From the NCBI GenBank assembly GCA_963924565.1, contig OZ004610.1:29512001-29576000 (forward strand): a stretch of DNA of 64,000 nt, given 5' to 3'. This stretch comes from Ascidiella aspersa (lineage: Eukaryota). A program made the position numbers and the translations under genes. The notes under the pieces are model-generated. The model was given only the letters and a program-made list of their open reading frames with translations, was not told the origin of the DNA and did not search any database. Below are positions 50,091-61,989 of the stretch, one piece after another (position 1 is the first letter of the stretch; each line of letters begins with the position of its first letter).

Positions 50091-51081
50091 CTTTAAAGTT
50101 GACCAAATCATCTTGTTGATCAGAAAGCAACAGAGCACTGAGTCCAGCCCAGTATCAACATTCAGAGTTGAGCAGAAATCACGATAGATCGCAAAGACAA
50201 GCCGCAGCATGGCCGCCAATTCCCAACAGTATTTTTAGCAGCTCGTCAGTGTCATTACACTGTCTAAGCGTAAAGCGTATGGTACTGCAATGCGCTAACA
50301 AGGATAGCCAACCCAGACACCTGCTAGCTTAGCAGCTTTAGTTTTCAAAGAGAAGTGCTGTTAGACTAGATAACTGTCAGCTAGCAGGCGTTGCTGTTGT
50401 AGAGAAACGACGCATGTCTGTTTGTGCACGCTGTTTACTCAAAATGCAAAATCTATTATATTTTGACAAGCAATTAAACATAGGAATGCTTTAAACTCAT
50501 CAAATTTTGGTAGAGCTTACTAAAATCATAAAATACTAGTATTTATATTTGTTTAGTGTTTTGTTTAAGAACTATATAATTATTTACTTGAGCTTTGCTA
50601 GAAAATACAAAATGCCACTATTTGCTTTACAAAGGTTGTCACAGTTATTTGCTTTACAAAAGGTTGTCACAGAAAGTAAAAAATTAAAATCAAAACCTAA
50701 AGGTTTAACACTACTGTACAATATATATGAATAGCTAATTTTATTTTACAACCGTGTCCACTTTATTAGAGTATAGACCTCTTTATTAACAATCTTACTA
50801 GGCTGTTGAGAAATTAAAATTTAATTGTACACAGGTATATATTACAATATGTATAGTATACTATTTATGATAAAATCAATTAATTCCTATTGTTACTAAT
50901 TGTAGGATAAGGAACTGTGGTCAGTTAGTAAAACTGGCATTAAAACAATTTTATGTTTGGGTTATCTGTATAGCTGTTGATAGAACAGGTTTTCTCTCCA
51001 TTTGCGATATAACCAGCTATTTGCACAAATGATTATCACTTGGATAAAAATTTCCTAAAATGCACTGTGACAATTTTCAAA

Positions 51082-52305
51082 ATGAAGATTAGTATTTGCT
51101 GCTTGACCTGTTTGATTGGTGACGACAACGAAAAAGATCCTGAAGAGAGTCACCTAATAAGCAATGAACAAGAAAGCGATAAAAGAAAATCGGAATCTCA
51201 AGAAGGTCCAGCTCAAAGTGCAACCAAGTCTGAAGTCCCTGTTAAGAATGATCCTAGTTTGGAAGCGCAGAATTCTGAAAAACTTCGACGCACTGTTGGT
51301 GTATCACGGCGTTACAATGTCAAACCGCAAGGATACAAATTTTCACTAGGGGAAAGCATAGAAGAAACAAGCTTGCTAGTGAAAATTGCAATTAAAATCA
51401 TACCAAGAAGTGGCATGGCAAAAATATACGCAATCGATGCATTCAATGTTTTTTATACAGTTGTAGACAAATCGTCTTTGAATGATAGCGTGGAAGACTG
51501 CCCAGTTGTTCAACTAAGGACTAAGATTATCCCTTCTGATATCAGGGGTCACAGTAAAAAGTATGAAGTAAGTGAGAGCATAACTGGTGCGCTAAAATTC
51601 AGCACTGAATGTCTGCACACCATTTCCCTGCAGGATTTTCAAACGAGTTCAGTTCGTTTGCGCCTGTACCATGTGAATAAGCACCAGAAAGACAGCTTGC
51701 TCGGAGAATATTTACTCGATAATTCCAAGCTTGAACTGGACTACTCTGGAAGCACATCTAATGTTTCCCTTGTTATGCACAGCCCTTCGGAAAAAGATGT
51801 GAAGCCTCCAATGATGTCGAATGTAAGACGTTCAATCAGCAGCAGTTCAAGTGGGTCACAGTCGGTAACCAGGGGTGATTTTAAGAGCACAATTCGAAGG
51901 GCTGACACCAAACCTACTTCTCGCGGCGCGTTGCCAAAATTTCAGGAATCCAGTGGAAACGATGACGACGGTGAAGCAGCGACCGGCAGTGGGGGCAACG
52001 ACTTTCACAAAAGGGTGAAAAAAAAGAAAAAGAGCTTTCTGCAAACTATTCGCAAGCCAAATGCGGAAAAGGAACTTTCACAAGAAAGCACAGAAGAGCC
52101 GGGCACACCCCAAAAAGTGGACAAGGATACTGCTTTAGAGTGGCTGAGGAAGGGAGGCATTGAACGCTCGGAAAAGGTCAGCGAACTGCATCAGGCCACT
52201 GAGGAAATGGAACAAACTGCCGGGAATTTTAGTGCTGTGAGTGTACGCCTTCGCGAGAAATATGAAAAAAAGAACAAGAAGAAACGCTCGCTGGAATCCA
52301 ATTAG
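51082..52305 (+). CDS. Putative 407-aa C2-domain plus C-terminal R-SNARE-motif protein (tomosyn/amisyn-like tail, no transmembrane segment)
   Basis: 1.2-kb uninterrupted ORF in AT-rich DNA, first ATG 51082 (MKISICCLTCLIG). SSVRLRLYHVNKHQKDSLLGEYLLDNSKL resembles SYT14/16-type C2. IERSEKVSELHQATEEMEQTAGNFSAVSVRLREKYEKK resembles synaptobrevin/tomosyn coiled coil. Confidence 0.8.
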   Translation: MKISICCLTCLIGDDNEKDPEESHLISNEQESDKRKSESQEGPAQSATKSEVPVKNDPSLEAQNSEKLRRTVGVSRRYNVKPQGYKFSLGESIEETSLLVKIAIKIIPRSGMAKIYAIDAFNVFYTVVDKSSLNDSVEDCPVVQLRTKIIPSDIRGHSKKYEVSESITGALKFSTECLHTISLQDFQTSSVRLRLYHVNKHQKDSLLGEYLLDNSKLELDYSGSTSNVSLVMHSPSEKDVKPPMMSNVRRSISSSSSGSQSVTRGDFKSTIRRADTKPTSRGALPKFQESSGNDDDGEAATGSGGNDFHKRVKKKKKSFLQTIRKPNAEKELSQESTEEPGTPQKVDKDTALEWLRKGGIERSEKVSELHQATEEMEQTAGNFSAVSVRLREKYEKKNKKKRSLESN

Positions 52306-52735
52306 GTATTTATGGTTTATACGTACGGTGTGTACCGCTGCAATATATGTGTAGTTTTTAAATTGACTGCTTTGTTGTAAAGATATGTGCAATGTATGCT
52401 ACGTTAAAAGCATTTAACAGTTATTAAACACATGCTTTGTTTTTGTGGTAGCGTATCAAGAATTAACACTAAGTTTATTTCTTTTATGTAATTCTATATC
52501 AGCATTTTTCAAATAGGTCTCTAAATGAAATTCTCTTTATTAACTCGTATGTTGTTTTTGTTTATATAATGAATTCAAAGTATTAAAATGCCACAGCATG
52601 AGAAAGACATTTCATGAAAATGTACATAAGTAAGTTATGTCTATACACAGGAAAGCAATCGTTTTCCATATTTTACTTCATCAGTATGTATATTTATAAA
52701 TGTGTTGACAAATGCCACAAAGAGATGTAACATTT

Positions 52736-52736
<1 letters not shown>

Positions 52737-52766
<30 letters not shown>

Positions 52767-52802
52767 CATATATATATGTGTGTATATACATATATTATAT
52801 GT
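52737..52802. repeat. Compound (CA)n/(TA)n microsatellite
   Basis: ACACACACAC...ATATATATAC...GTGTGTATATACATAT run. Confidence 0.9.
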
Positions 52803-55449
52803 ATTAGATTGGAATATTTCCTATGTTGTAATCTTATTTAGGTTGTGTATTTTTTTTCTATTTTTATTAAGTGTAGTTTCTTATGCCAGTTAATGTTATT
52901 ATTAGGATTGCGAAGATGTAATTTCAAGAAAATGTTTTTATACTAACAAGTTTTTTGGATAAATCTTGTATCTTGGCATTCTTATTTAACTTCACTACAG
53001 TCCACAAATAACCTATGTAGTTATTTGCTCGATGTGTTTGTTATTTGTGAGGTTGCTAAAGTTTCATAATTCATAGAGCAGTTTTGTTATTATTTGTTCA
53101 GTTTTTGACTCATTTCCTGGATAGATGAGTTTTTGCTTAATTGCATTTTGATATTTTATTTGCAGTTTTGCTTACAAACAGGAAGCCCTAATGTTGACTT
53201 CTTTTGGCAATATACATTACACTTTTTTAATATTTTGATTAATATATACAATAGTGCACAGGGAGTACTTTTTGTGCTATTTAACTATTTGTAACCATAG
53301 AAAAACAATTATTTTCATGAAGAGTTGCCTGGGGTCCTACAATGCGAACATATATAAATAATGATTTTTAAAACTTGAATATCTGAAATTCACTATTTTG
53401 TACCTTCGTTTTAAACTATTTTAATCACAATTCAATGTGTTTCAACTGCTTTAAACAAGATGTGTCCAGAAATTGAGGTGTTTTTTTTATGTAAAGTTCC
53501 CTTTTTCAATGGTGTACTATCAGGCGATCACACTTTTTTGCAGTTGTTGTTCGTATTTAAGTGATGTGCAATGTTGCGCTGTCTTGACTCGCCTATTTCC
53601 ATTAAGGACGGATTTAAAAAAAACCTCCAGTGTTTGCTTTGTTGACAATACAGAAACGCGCAAAGGATGCTACTCGTTTGTGAAATGTGCCATTTTGCTT
53701 TTAAAACAGATATCGGGTGTATTTAATGGCTTTCACGATCAAAGCCTCAGTCAAATAGATATCTGTGACTGTGCGACTCATTTAGCATCTTTTCCATGTT
53801 GTATGGTTTAAAAGGTTATCATAAATTTTTGGACCTGAAGTATATGCTGTTAAGAGACTTTAAGGTTGCCAATTATTTTTTATTGGTCATTGTCAATCAA
53901 ATCATTTCCATTAACCACGACAGTCAACAAGGATGTAGTGATAAAAAACAGAGGCCCGTCCTTATTGTTAGAAGTCACAGCCAACGTTTTTTCGGAAACC
54001 GCAAGTTTGAATACCTACCAAAAAATGTGTACCTAAAAATGAACCAGCAATCAAACGATGCACAGTGACTTACCAGAATAATAACCCTGAAAAGTATATC
54101 TTGTTATAAAAAGCCGATTTTGTCACTTATGCGACTGGCCACCAACGCATTCGAAACGTCAGGCTTTCCAATCAGTTCCCGCTTCGGTTTAATTGCGCGA
54201 CTTGCAGCGGGAGGTTCGCAGCAGCGACGGCGAAATAAATAATTCCGCGCGCTTCAAGCAATTATTACGCGCCGGTCGCGCCTGCACTGGCGTCGCCATA
54301 TGCGTGAATAATTGCCGCCGACGTATGCGTTGAAAAATCGATTTTTGCCGGCTGCCGCCGCAAAAGCGTGTTTGAAAGTCGAGCGCCAAGTGTCAATTGC
54401 AAGTTGTTTTTATTTTGTATCCTTTTGACGAGCCTGTGCCCCCAGTAAATCTTCGCGCCTTTCTGTAATCATTAAAATGCACATCTTAAGCCTTGTATAA
54501 TATGCATTTTGACTGTTGTCGCACCAATAGGCTGATTTATCATTTCCCGGTACGTTTTACTGTTGACGATGTACATATTCATTTTCTTTCACAGATTAAC
54601 AATATTCAGTAATATAACTGTGAAGATGCGTTCTTCCAATTTAATATTTTAAGGATTTTTTTAGTCCATAGTTTTAATACACAGTTTCGTACTACCAGTC
54701 ATCTCGACGTTTTGTCAATCGGGTGCGCTGGATAATTCGTTTTACCTTTCATCGGCACATTTTTAGCTTCTCGACATTTTTATTTTGCCACCCAGATATT
54801 TTGTGACGAGAAGTCACTAAATTTTACCGCACCGTCTCTCGTTAAAATATATTCGTCTTCAGGGCAACACAGTACGAAAGGTTTCGTTATATAAGTGTTA
54901 AAATAAAACACGCTTGTTTGTCAAAATTTAAGATGAAACCATTTTTTTATTTGTAATTTTATTCGAGTTTCGATATTAAAAACAATGCTAGATCGAAATC
55001 CTGTCGGATTTAGAAAGAAAAAGTTGCTAAATGTTCATGATAAATGTTATAATGTCAAAGTGTCTTTTGTTACTTTTTAAGCCATACTAATTTGCTTGTT
55101 AACAAAAGTGCGTGATAAGGCGATGTATTGTTTAAGCAAGCGTAAATTTGCTATTTTGTATACCTACAAATCAATCAAAATGAATATTTTAAAACTATAA
55201 ATGCGCGAATGCTCTGCTGGTCAAACTTAAATTAAATTCGCCTTTCCGTTTAACTGCAATCAAAGTAGATGAAAACGTATTTTGAACAAAACTGTCTATA
55301 AAGAAGAAGGCTCTGGTAAAATTCAAGCAAGTCCAAATTAAAGATTTGGTTTATGTTCCTTTGGAATAAAACGCTTATTTTACCGGAATCGTGTAAACTA
55401 AGGATTATGTAAGTTTTGGAACATAATGGTTGGAGGTAGTAAGACTTGG

Positions 55450-55570
55450 TAAGAATATTAAAGCCCACAGTAGTAGATATCACTTTGAACGTTTCGAAAT
55501 TTGTAGACTATGAGAGTGATTCGAAACGTTCAAAATGATACCTACTACTGTATGGGCTTTGATATTTTTA
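55450..55570. mobile_element. Palindromic MITE-like element
   Basis: About 50-bp imperfect inverted arms 55450-55498 and 55520-55570 around a ~21-bp spacer; a partial copy lies at 38.8 kb. Confidence 0.7.
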
Positions 55571-58500
55571 TTACGGATTATGTAATTCTTTTTAAATAAG
55601 GCCCAGCAGCAACTTGCTAAAAAAATGGGTTGCATTGCCATTTAGGCGGCGGATGCTTTTCCATATGGCGCGAACAATTCGCAAAACTCGCTCTTCGCGG
55701 AACACACAACACTACACAAGCGCCGACAGAGCGCATAGACTTCCCGCAGTTCAGCCCGTCTTACGTCAAAAAACAATGGCGAGACTCCAGCCTCGGCTGC
55801 GTGACAACTTAGCAGAGCGTCAGGCCAGCAACGGTTTTCACGCAGGACCGTCTTTTATTCGGCGGCAGGAAAGACAGAAGATGAGTGGCGCTTGTGTCGA
55901 GCTTCGGCCGACTAAAAATGGCCCGCTACGACTAAGAGGCTCCTGATTAGCAGGAAATGATTGCGCGCCCAAGACAATGCGTTGCGCCGCCGTCGCTTCA
56001 ACCCTTTCGAGTCGACCTGTCCATCAATATGAAGCTTCCACTGTATAAGTTAAGTGTTTTCTACCGGCAAGCGTTCGGCCGTTCAATCAGCTTCCAACTA
56101 TATTCCATTACGACCGAACAGCACTCTAAGGAACTGAATTTATTTTTTACAAAGTTTTAAGTAAACTTTCATTTAGTTTGGCATTAATCATTGGTTCTCT
56201 ATGTGTGGTACTCGCCTCCGCATTGCAGAGTGAGCACTGAGCATGCAACGATTAAAATAGGTTGGAAACGTCACCCGTAAGGTTTAAATTTGCGCTTGAA
56301 TGTTTTTTATAGCAAAAAATGTTTTTGTTAAAGTTTGGTTCAACCCGTATACTAAAATCCGCTACATTATTGGTGCTAGTAATACATTTTTTAATCACAA
56401 TGAAGCTTTGGCAAAGAAGCAAACACAGCCCGAGGTTCTGCAAAAGCAGCTTGATATAAAGTAAAAAAAAATTGGCCATAAAAATGAGGCTTGCTTATAG
56501 TTTTTCATTGTTTTAGCAAAGTCTTGCTCAACTTTTGCTGGTCGGGGTTTTCTATCCCAATGCAAATGCATTGATTGATCAGTGTTGCGACCCTTGTGTG
56601 TATTGAGCCGCTGTAGAGGTTATGAAGCTGCTTGTCTAGTCGAACCCAAACCATCCTTCATGTTAAACACGAAACTACAGGAACAGGAAGACGACAAGGC
56701 CTTAATTACGTGACGATTTAAACACTTTTGCTTAGTTTTTTTCTCGTTGTAGAAGTGTAAAGCTGTCCGTTGAAATGCCGTTTTCAAACATGTTTAGCAA
56801 GTGAGTTAAATCGCAAACCAAATAGGCGTTTAACTCTTACGTCGTTGCTCCTTAGGTGTATCCCTCCTATCCCTCCCATAAGCACAAAGAACAATTTTGA
56901 CTAGTTAGAAAAACACTGCAAACCAACAAGCCAAGCATTTATTAGAAATCATTTCAGAACTTTAGTTATTGGTAATCAAGGTATTAATAAAAGCGTTTAG
57001 AGTTTCTTACAAACCATGGTCACCAAACCAACAACCTGGTTTGGTGTGTATAGCAAGACTCATTATACGTTACTTGTTCATTGCGATGTTGCATTATTCT
57101 TCGCAGAGGTGACAACCAATCTACGTGGGTGGGTCGTGTGTTTTTACACGTGGGCGTTGCGGTGACATTCCATTTTTCGAAATCATAGGTATTATAAAAA
57201 AACGAAATAGAGTGATGTGATTGATTCCGCACTCGGTGTCAAAAGGTCTGCTTGGTATGTGTAAGAATCCAGTAAAGACATCCTAAAATACCAAGGCCAC
57301 AAAGTGTCTAACATTACAAAGCAAAGCTACGACAAAAATATCAATTGTAAAAGTGTGCCTTTTTTTGTACACATCTTTTGAAGCACGACGCCGTATTAGG
57401 TCTCTTCTAGTTTTATCTATTGGTACGCATGGCATCGGCTTTTGGCTTAATCGTCCCACGTTATTTTCAGCTACATGTTGAAGGCGTGGGCGTTTCGGTG
57501 ATGTAAATGTGCCCGTCTTCGTTATTATTAGCGACATCCGCGCTGTTACTCAACTGAGGGATTGGCTAAACAGAAATTACCTGAATCTTATTGCTTAAGA
57601 CGAACACCCAATAAATCTGCATTTGGTTGGGAATTTGCTGTTTCAAGAAGTAATGTTTGGCAGCCTAAATAAGAGATCGTATGTGTTTGTATAGTATTTC
57701 AATACGATACAGTTTAAAAAAAAACTTTCATTAAAAAGACTTTAAGGGTTATTGTGACAGAGCCTAAACAAAAATCTAAAAATAAATTCGTACCATGACA
57801 GATAATAATAATAATAATTTTACGTGGCGTTAAGGAGCAAAAACCTAGTAAGATTTCCATTTTCACACTACACCCAAAGTGTGAAGCTTAATGTCTCTTT
57901 CACAGCGTTGTCAACAGCACGCATCCATACCCACACAAAAATGTACAAGGCCGATTTGCTTAGGTGCTACAATAACAGACGACCCCTTTATTCAAGTATG
58001 GCTCCAGACTATAAAGTGTGTATGGGTAATACTTTGACTACCGGACAAAGATCATATGGGTAGGCCTACAAAGATTGTAAAAAATAATCGTTTGGTTCTT
58101 TGCTTAGTGGTCACGAAAGCATGCGTATTGCACAGTTTTTTTTTAGGTAGATCTGTTTTTCGGCTGTGGTGACCATAATACAGTACTGTCATTTACAATA
58201 ATGTTTGCATCGAATGCTGCAGAACCAACTTTCTGCCTTTTCGCTCCAAGGCTCGACTCAATGCCACGCTCTGCGATTAACTGTCACGTTAAAAGCATCA
58301 GCGCGCGCACGTTTTTGCCTTGTCGCCAGCAATTAGCGACGAAACGGCGCGCGCATTAAATTTTAATGCGCCGCGTAGCACTCGGCGCTTCCAAATGAGG
58401 CCGAATCTCTTCAACACTCTATTGGCCTTTATTTTTCACCCAACAATCAAATCGGAAACTAGGTGTTAAGAAAGCCGTCAATGACTATTTAAAGCTACGA

Positions 58501-59247
58501 TGCGCAATACCGAGCGAAAGTTATAAAAAAGACCAGCGTTAAAGTCGGTAAGGAAAGCCCGGTGGCTTCCCGCGCGGCAGCGCTAACTGGACCTATTGAT
58601 TGCCTCTTGCCGCCGCCTCTGATGATAATGATGATGTCCCTGCAGCGTTCACTTGTTTTCTCCGCTTTGTGTGCCTGATCGATCGTCGTCGCCTTTACAT
58701 GAGGATTTTCGTTGTCGCAGGGCGCCAAAAATCGTCGCTATACTGAATTGCGCCAATAAAATTGAAGCAGGCATTGCAGTTTGAAGAGTGCAACATTTAT
58801 TTTTCTAGATTTAAGGCGAACAATCTTTTCTCTTGTTTTAAGTATGTACAAGGCGTTTCACAACACAACAACTATTTCAAATTTTATAATTGGATGTTTT
58901 TATTTGCCGTTTGCGTTAGGCTATATGATCTTAACAATTTATATTTTATAGCGAGGCTTATGCAAATTACCAAAAGGGTAACCCAGTAAAAATAGCGCTA
59001 TAAACAATGCCGACTTCTAACAACGATACTAAGCGCTAAAGGAAAACAAAAACAATTCTACACGATATTTGAGTTTTAAACGTGTCAATCACTTGCCAGT
59101 CTAACCATAAACGTCTAATAAAAGAAGCGCATCGATTTCCAAAGCGTTAATTGCACATTCTTCCTTGACCAGAACAAATGCAAACAGCCTTTCTGCACGT
59201 TGCACGCCACGTATAATATGTTTGAATGCGCACTCATGTGTTATGAG

Positions 59248-59503
59248 CAGTGGTTCTCAAACTAGTGGTTACTCACCGACTAGTGCTTTATGCTGTCTAC
59301 CACTTGATTTCAGAACTAAATTTGACGATACTTATATTTATATTCAGTAATGCAAAAAAAATGCGTTGGTTATGGGCGATTTACCGTTGAAAAGAGTCGC
59401 GAAAGCTTCTGTAATACGCAAAAGCTCCACAATTAAAGCAGTCCACCTACTATCTTGCATGGCCACACGTACAGCAAAAAGCACCAAACTTTGAGAACCG
59501 CTG
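59248..59503. mobile_element. Non-autonomous hAT (Charlie-type) MITE, about 256 bp
   Basis: TIRs CAGTGGTTCTCAAA and TTTGAGAACCGCTG (13/14 match). Flanking 8-mers GTTATGAG and CTTTTGGG match 5/8, consistent with a decayed target-site duplication. Confidence 0.75.
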
Positions 59504-59607
59504 CTTTTGGGACGGCGCTTATCGAGGCGACCAAAATCGCTGTCTATACATTTTTTTCCAAAGAAGAGCAAGCGAAAAAAACGGGGATATGTATAAGAAG
59601 GCCGTTT

Positions 59608-61932
59608 TCAGACCACGATGTCGTTCTTGGTTGGCGCGAAAAAGGTGATGGTCGGGTAAAGGCGCTGCTGCGTCTCAAGCGTCTTGCGCAAAACACTCTG
59701 GACAACCTTCCGCCTGAAATACCGCCTCGAATGCCGGTCGGTGAGGGCGTCGTACTCCGGAACAATGGGCGCCTGCTTGTTGCGCAGCCGCTCGGTCTTA
59801 ATGTTGTCGAGGACGAAGCTGCGCTCCTGCTGGTCGAGCTTGGCCGCAGGCGGTGTGGGGATACTACGACGTCTGGCGGACATGCGATGCAGGCCGCGTT
59901 TCTCCGGCGGCACGCGCGGCGTGCTTTGAGTAGGCAAACGCGGCGCGCTCTGCGAAAAATGGTTTGCTTGGATTGAAAAGGGAGCACTCTGTGTAACACG
60001 TTTGCTGCGTTGTAATAATAACAAACGAATACACAGATCAGCCTCAAGTGGTATCTAATTCAGGGTTTGGCAAACGTTTCGCCACCCGCGAATGTCACCG
60101 GCAGTTTTTCTCCTATATTTTTCTGTTTTTAATTCACTATGAACAATATACATATTACTTTCTAAAGAACATTTTTTAAATATGTCCACGATAAAAAGAT
60201 GTCACCAAACAACGCATTTTTATCATTTTACAATTTTTTATTTGACTATAAACAATGTACATATTACTTTCCGCAGAACATTTAAAAATATTGTGGATGA
60301 AGATATCAATTGGGACCAAATAACGCATTATTAATCATTTTACTAACAAGGTAAAATCATACCCAATTTAAATTTACCCATTTTTATTACAACTTTATTG
60401 ATGTTTTTTTTATATATCTCCGTCAAACTATTCGCGTTCATATTGGATTCGATTGGTCTTATAAGATTTTAAGCATAAACTTAAAGAAGTTGATTTTTTT
60501 AATGGTTTTATTTCTAAAAAAATTACTTTGTGGTGAGCGTTAAAACAATCCTCAGTACTTTAAAATAAAAGTATTCTAAATCATGTAGGGCCTAAATACA
60601 AAATAAGCGTTCTATGTTAAGTGAAACTTTTAACAGTTCACAGCGACGCTTAACACTGTTTTTCCATCGCCGTACAATTTTAACTGCCCTCGTAACACTA
60701 TTAAAGTATAGCGCCAAATTTAGGCACTGTTACCCACCTGTGCGGACATGGTCCTGGTCACCACTTCCCTGACCATGGGTGACCTGAAGTAACCCGCCGA
60801 GTGTCGGTCCATTATCGCGTTGTAGGGTCGAATGATAGACGCACGACGCGGCCTGGTGTAAGGACTGTTGTAGTACTGCAAGACATATTTATTAGTTGTG
60901 GTTGTACCGTCAGCATATTGCAACCACTCTTAGATTGGTTTACATTAGACGTGTGTGGCTGAAAAAAACGCTCTTGGTTTTGGAAGGTTGAAATATTAGA
61001 ACTTTGACGCTTTCGGCTAGAAGCGTGGAAATTTGCCGTTGCGCTGTCCACGCTTTATGTGCAAACTGGACGCACTATAGCGTTTTGCGCCAGACGCTAA
61101 CGCCAGAAATAAGAAATAAGCTATGCTGCCAGGCATAACATATAACCGAGTGTTGCTAATACAGCAGTATAACTTAATCAATCGACGTTTCGACGTCCTA
61201 TAACGTCAGAAAGCTAACGCTATAACGCTAACGCCAGAAGCAAAACGCGCCTAGAGTGAACCAACCTATAGAATTATACATGTTTATACCAAAATAATCA
61301 TGTTCGAATGATACATTTTTATTATGAAGAGCACGTAACATTTCTACCAATTTGTGCATAAATTCAAGTTAAACTTATTATTTGGGTAAGCTTAAGGTTG
61401 AGTTAAAATGTTTTTTTCAAATAAACTGATAATAAGACCAATAAAACTGACTAATGAGGCAAATCTAAATAATATTGAATTTTACTTAGGATTCAGTTAA
61501 GCATCATAATTATCTAGACTTAAAATTGAGTTGAAAAACTCCAAAAGAGGTTAAACATTAAAATATTCGTTCAAAGTTTGATTCTGATAAATTAAATTTA
61601 GTGGAACCAACTAAACTAAGTTGAACTTGAGTTAAATAAGTTGAACTTGAGTTAAATCGAGATTGAGTTGTGCGTCAAATTAATTTCAAGTCCGTACTTC
61701 GGACATTGACACTAACCACATCGGACTTTATGGCGTCGACCACGTATTCCCTTTCCCGGTGCCGCTGGACAGTGATGGGGGGCAGGGGGTGCAGATCGGG
61801 GATGCTGTCCCTGACTTTAAGGGGTGAGTAGCACGTCAGATGGGGGTGGGAACTGCGAGACGACGAACGACCCCCGCTATAAGCAGGGATCGTGGCAACC
61901 CGCGAGTTGTACACCTTTTCCACCTCGTTCAT
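59608..61932 (-). CDS. About 231-aa protein with two C17orf98/SPMAP1 (DUF4542)-like motifs; probable ciliary/sperm axonemal protein
   Basis: Exons 61932-61717, 60875-60738 and 59949-59608 join in phase 0 with GT-AG sites. Motifs EREYVVDAI...IIRPYNAIMDRHSAGYFRSPMVREVVTRT and ERSFVLDNI...IVPEYDALTDRHSRRYFRRKVVQSVLRKT resemble the recalled C17orf98 pattern EKGFILDGV...IPPYNAQQDYHARSYFQ...LLRKT. Confidence 0.75.
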
Positions 61933-61989
61933 CGTGCTGCTGACTCTAAACAACAGAAAAAAAATTGTGTCACTTGGTCTTACAAGGAG

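Noticed and set aside
51040-51081. ORF-track start at 51040 (421 aa)
   Set aside because: It is a TTG codon; the first ATG at 51082 (AAAATGA context) is the plausible eukaryotic start.
55614-55946. 110-aa Arg-rich ORF
   Set aside because: Non-ATG start, no recognisable motif, and explained by local GC richness.
59455-60047. ORFs 59455-59976 (+, 173 aa) and 59544-60047 (-, 167 aa)
   Set aside because: They are antisense or alternate-frame overlaps of the GC-rich last exon of the DUF4542-like gene, whose frame has the recognisable motif and compatible splice phase.
61060-61270. Possible MITE with ACGCTAACGCCAGAA repeats and GCGTTTTGC/GCAAAACGC inverted ends
   Set aside because: The inverted match is only about 9 bp with no target-site duplication; too weak to call.
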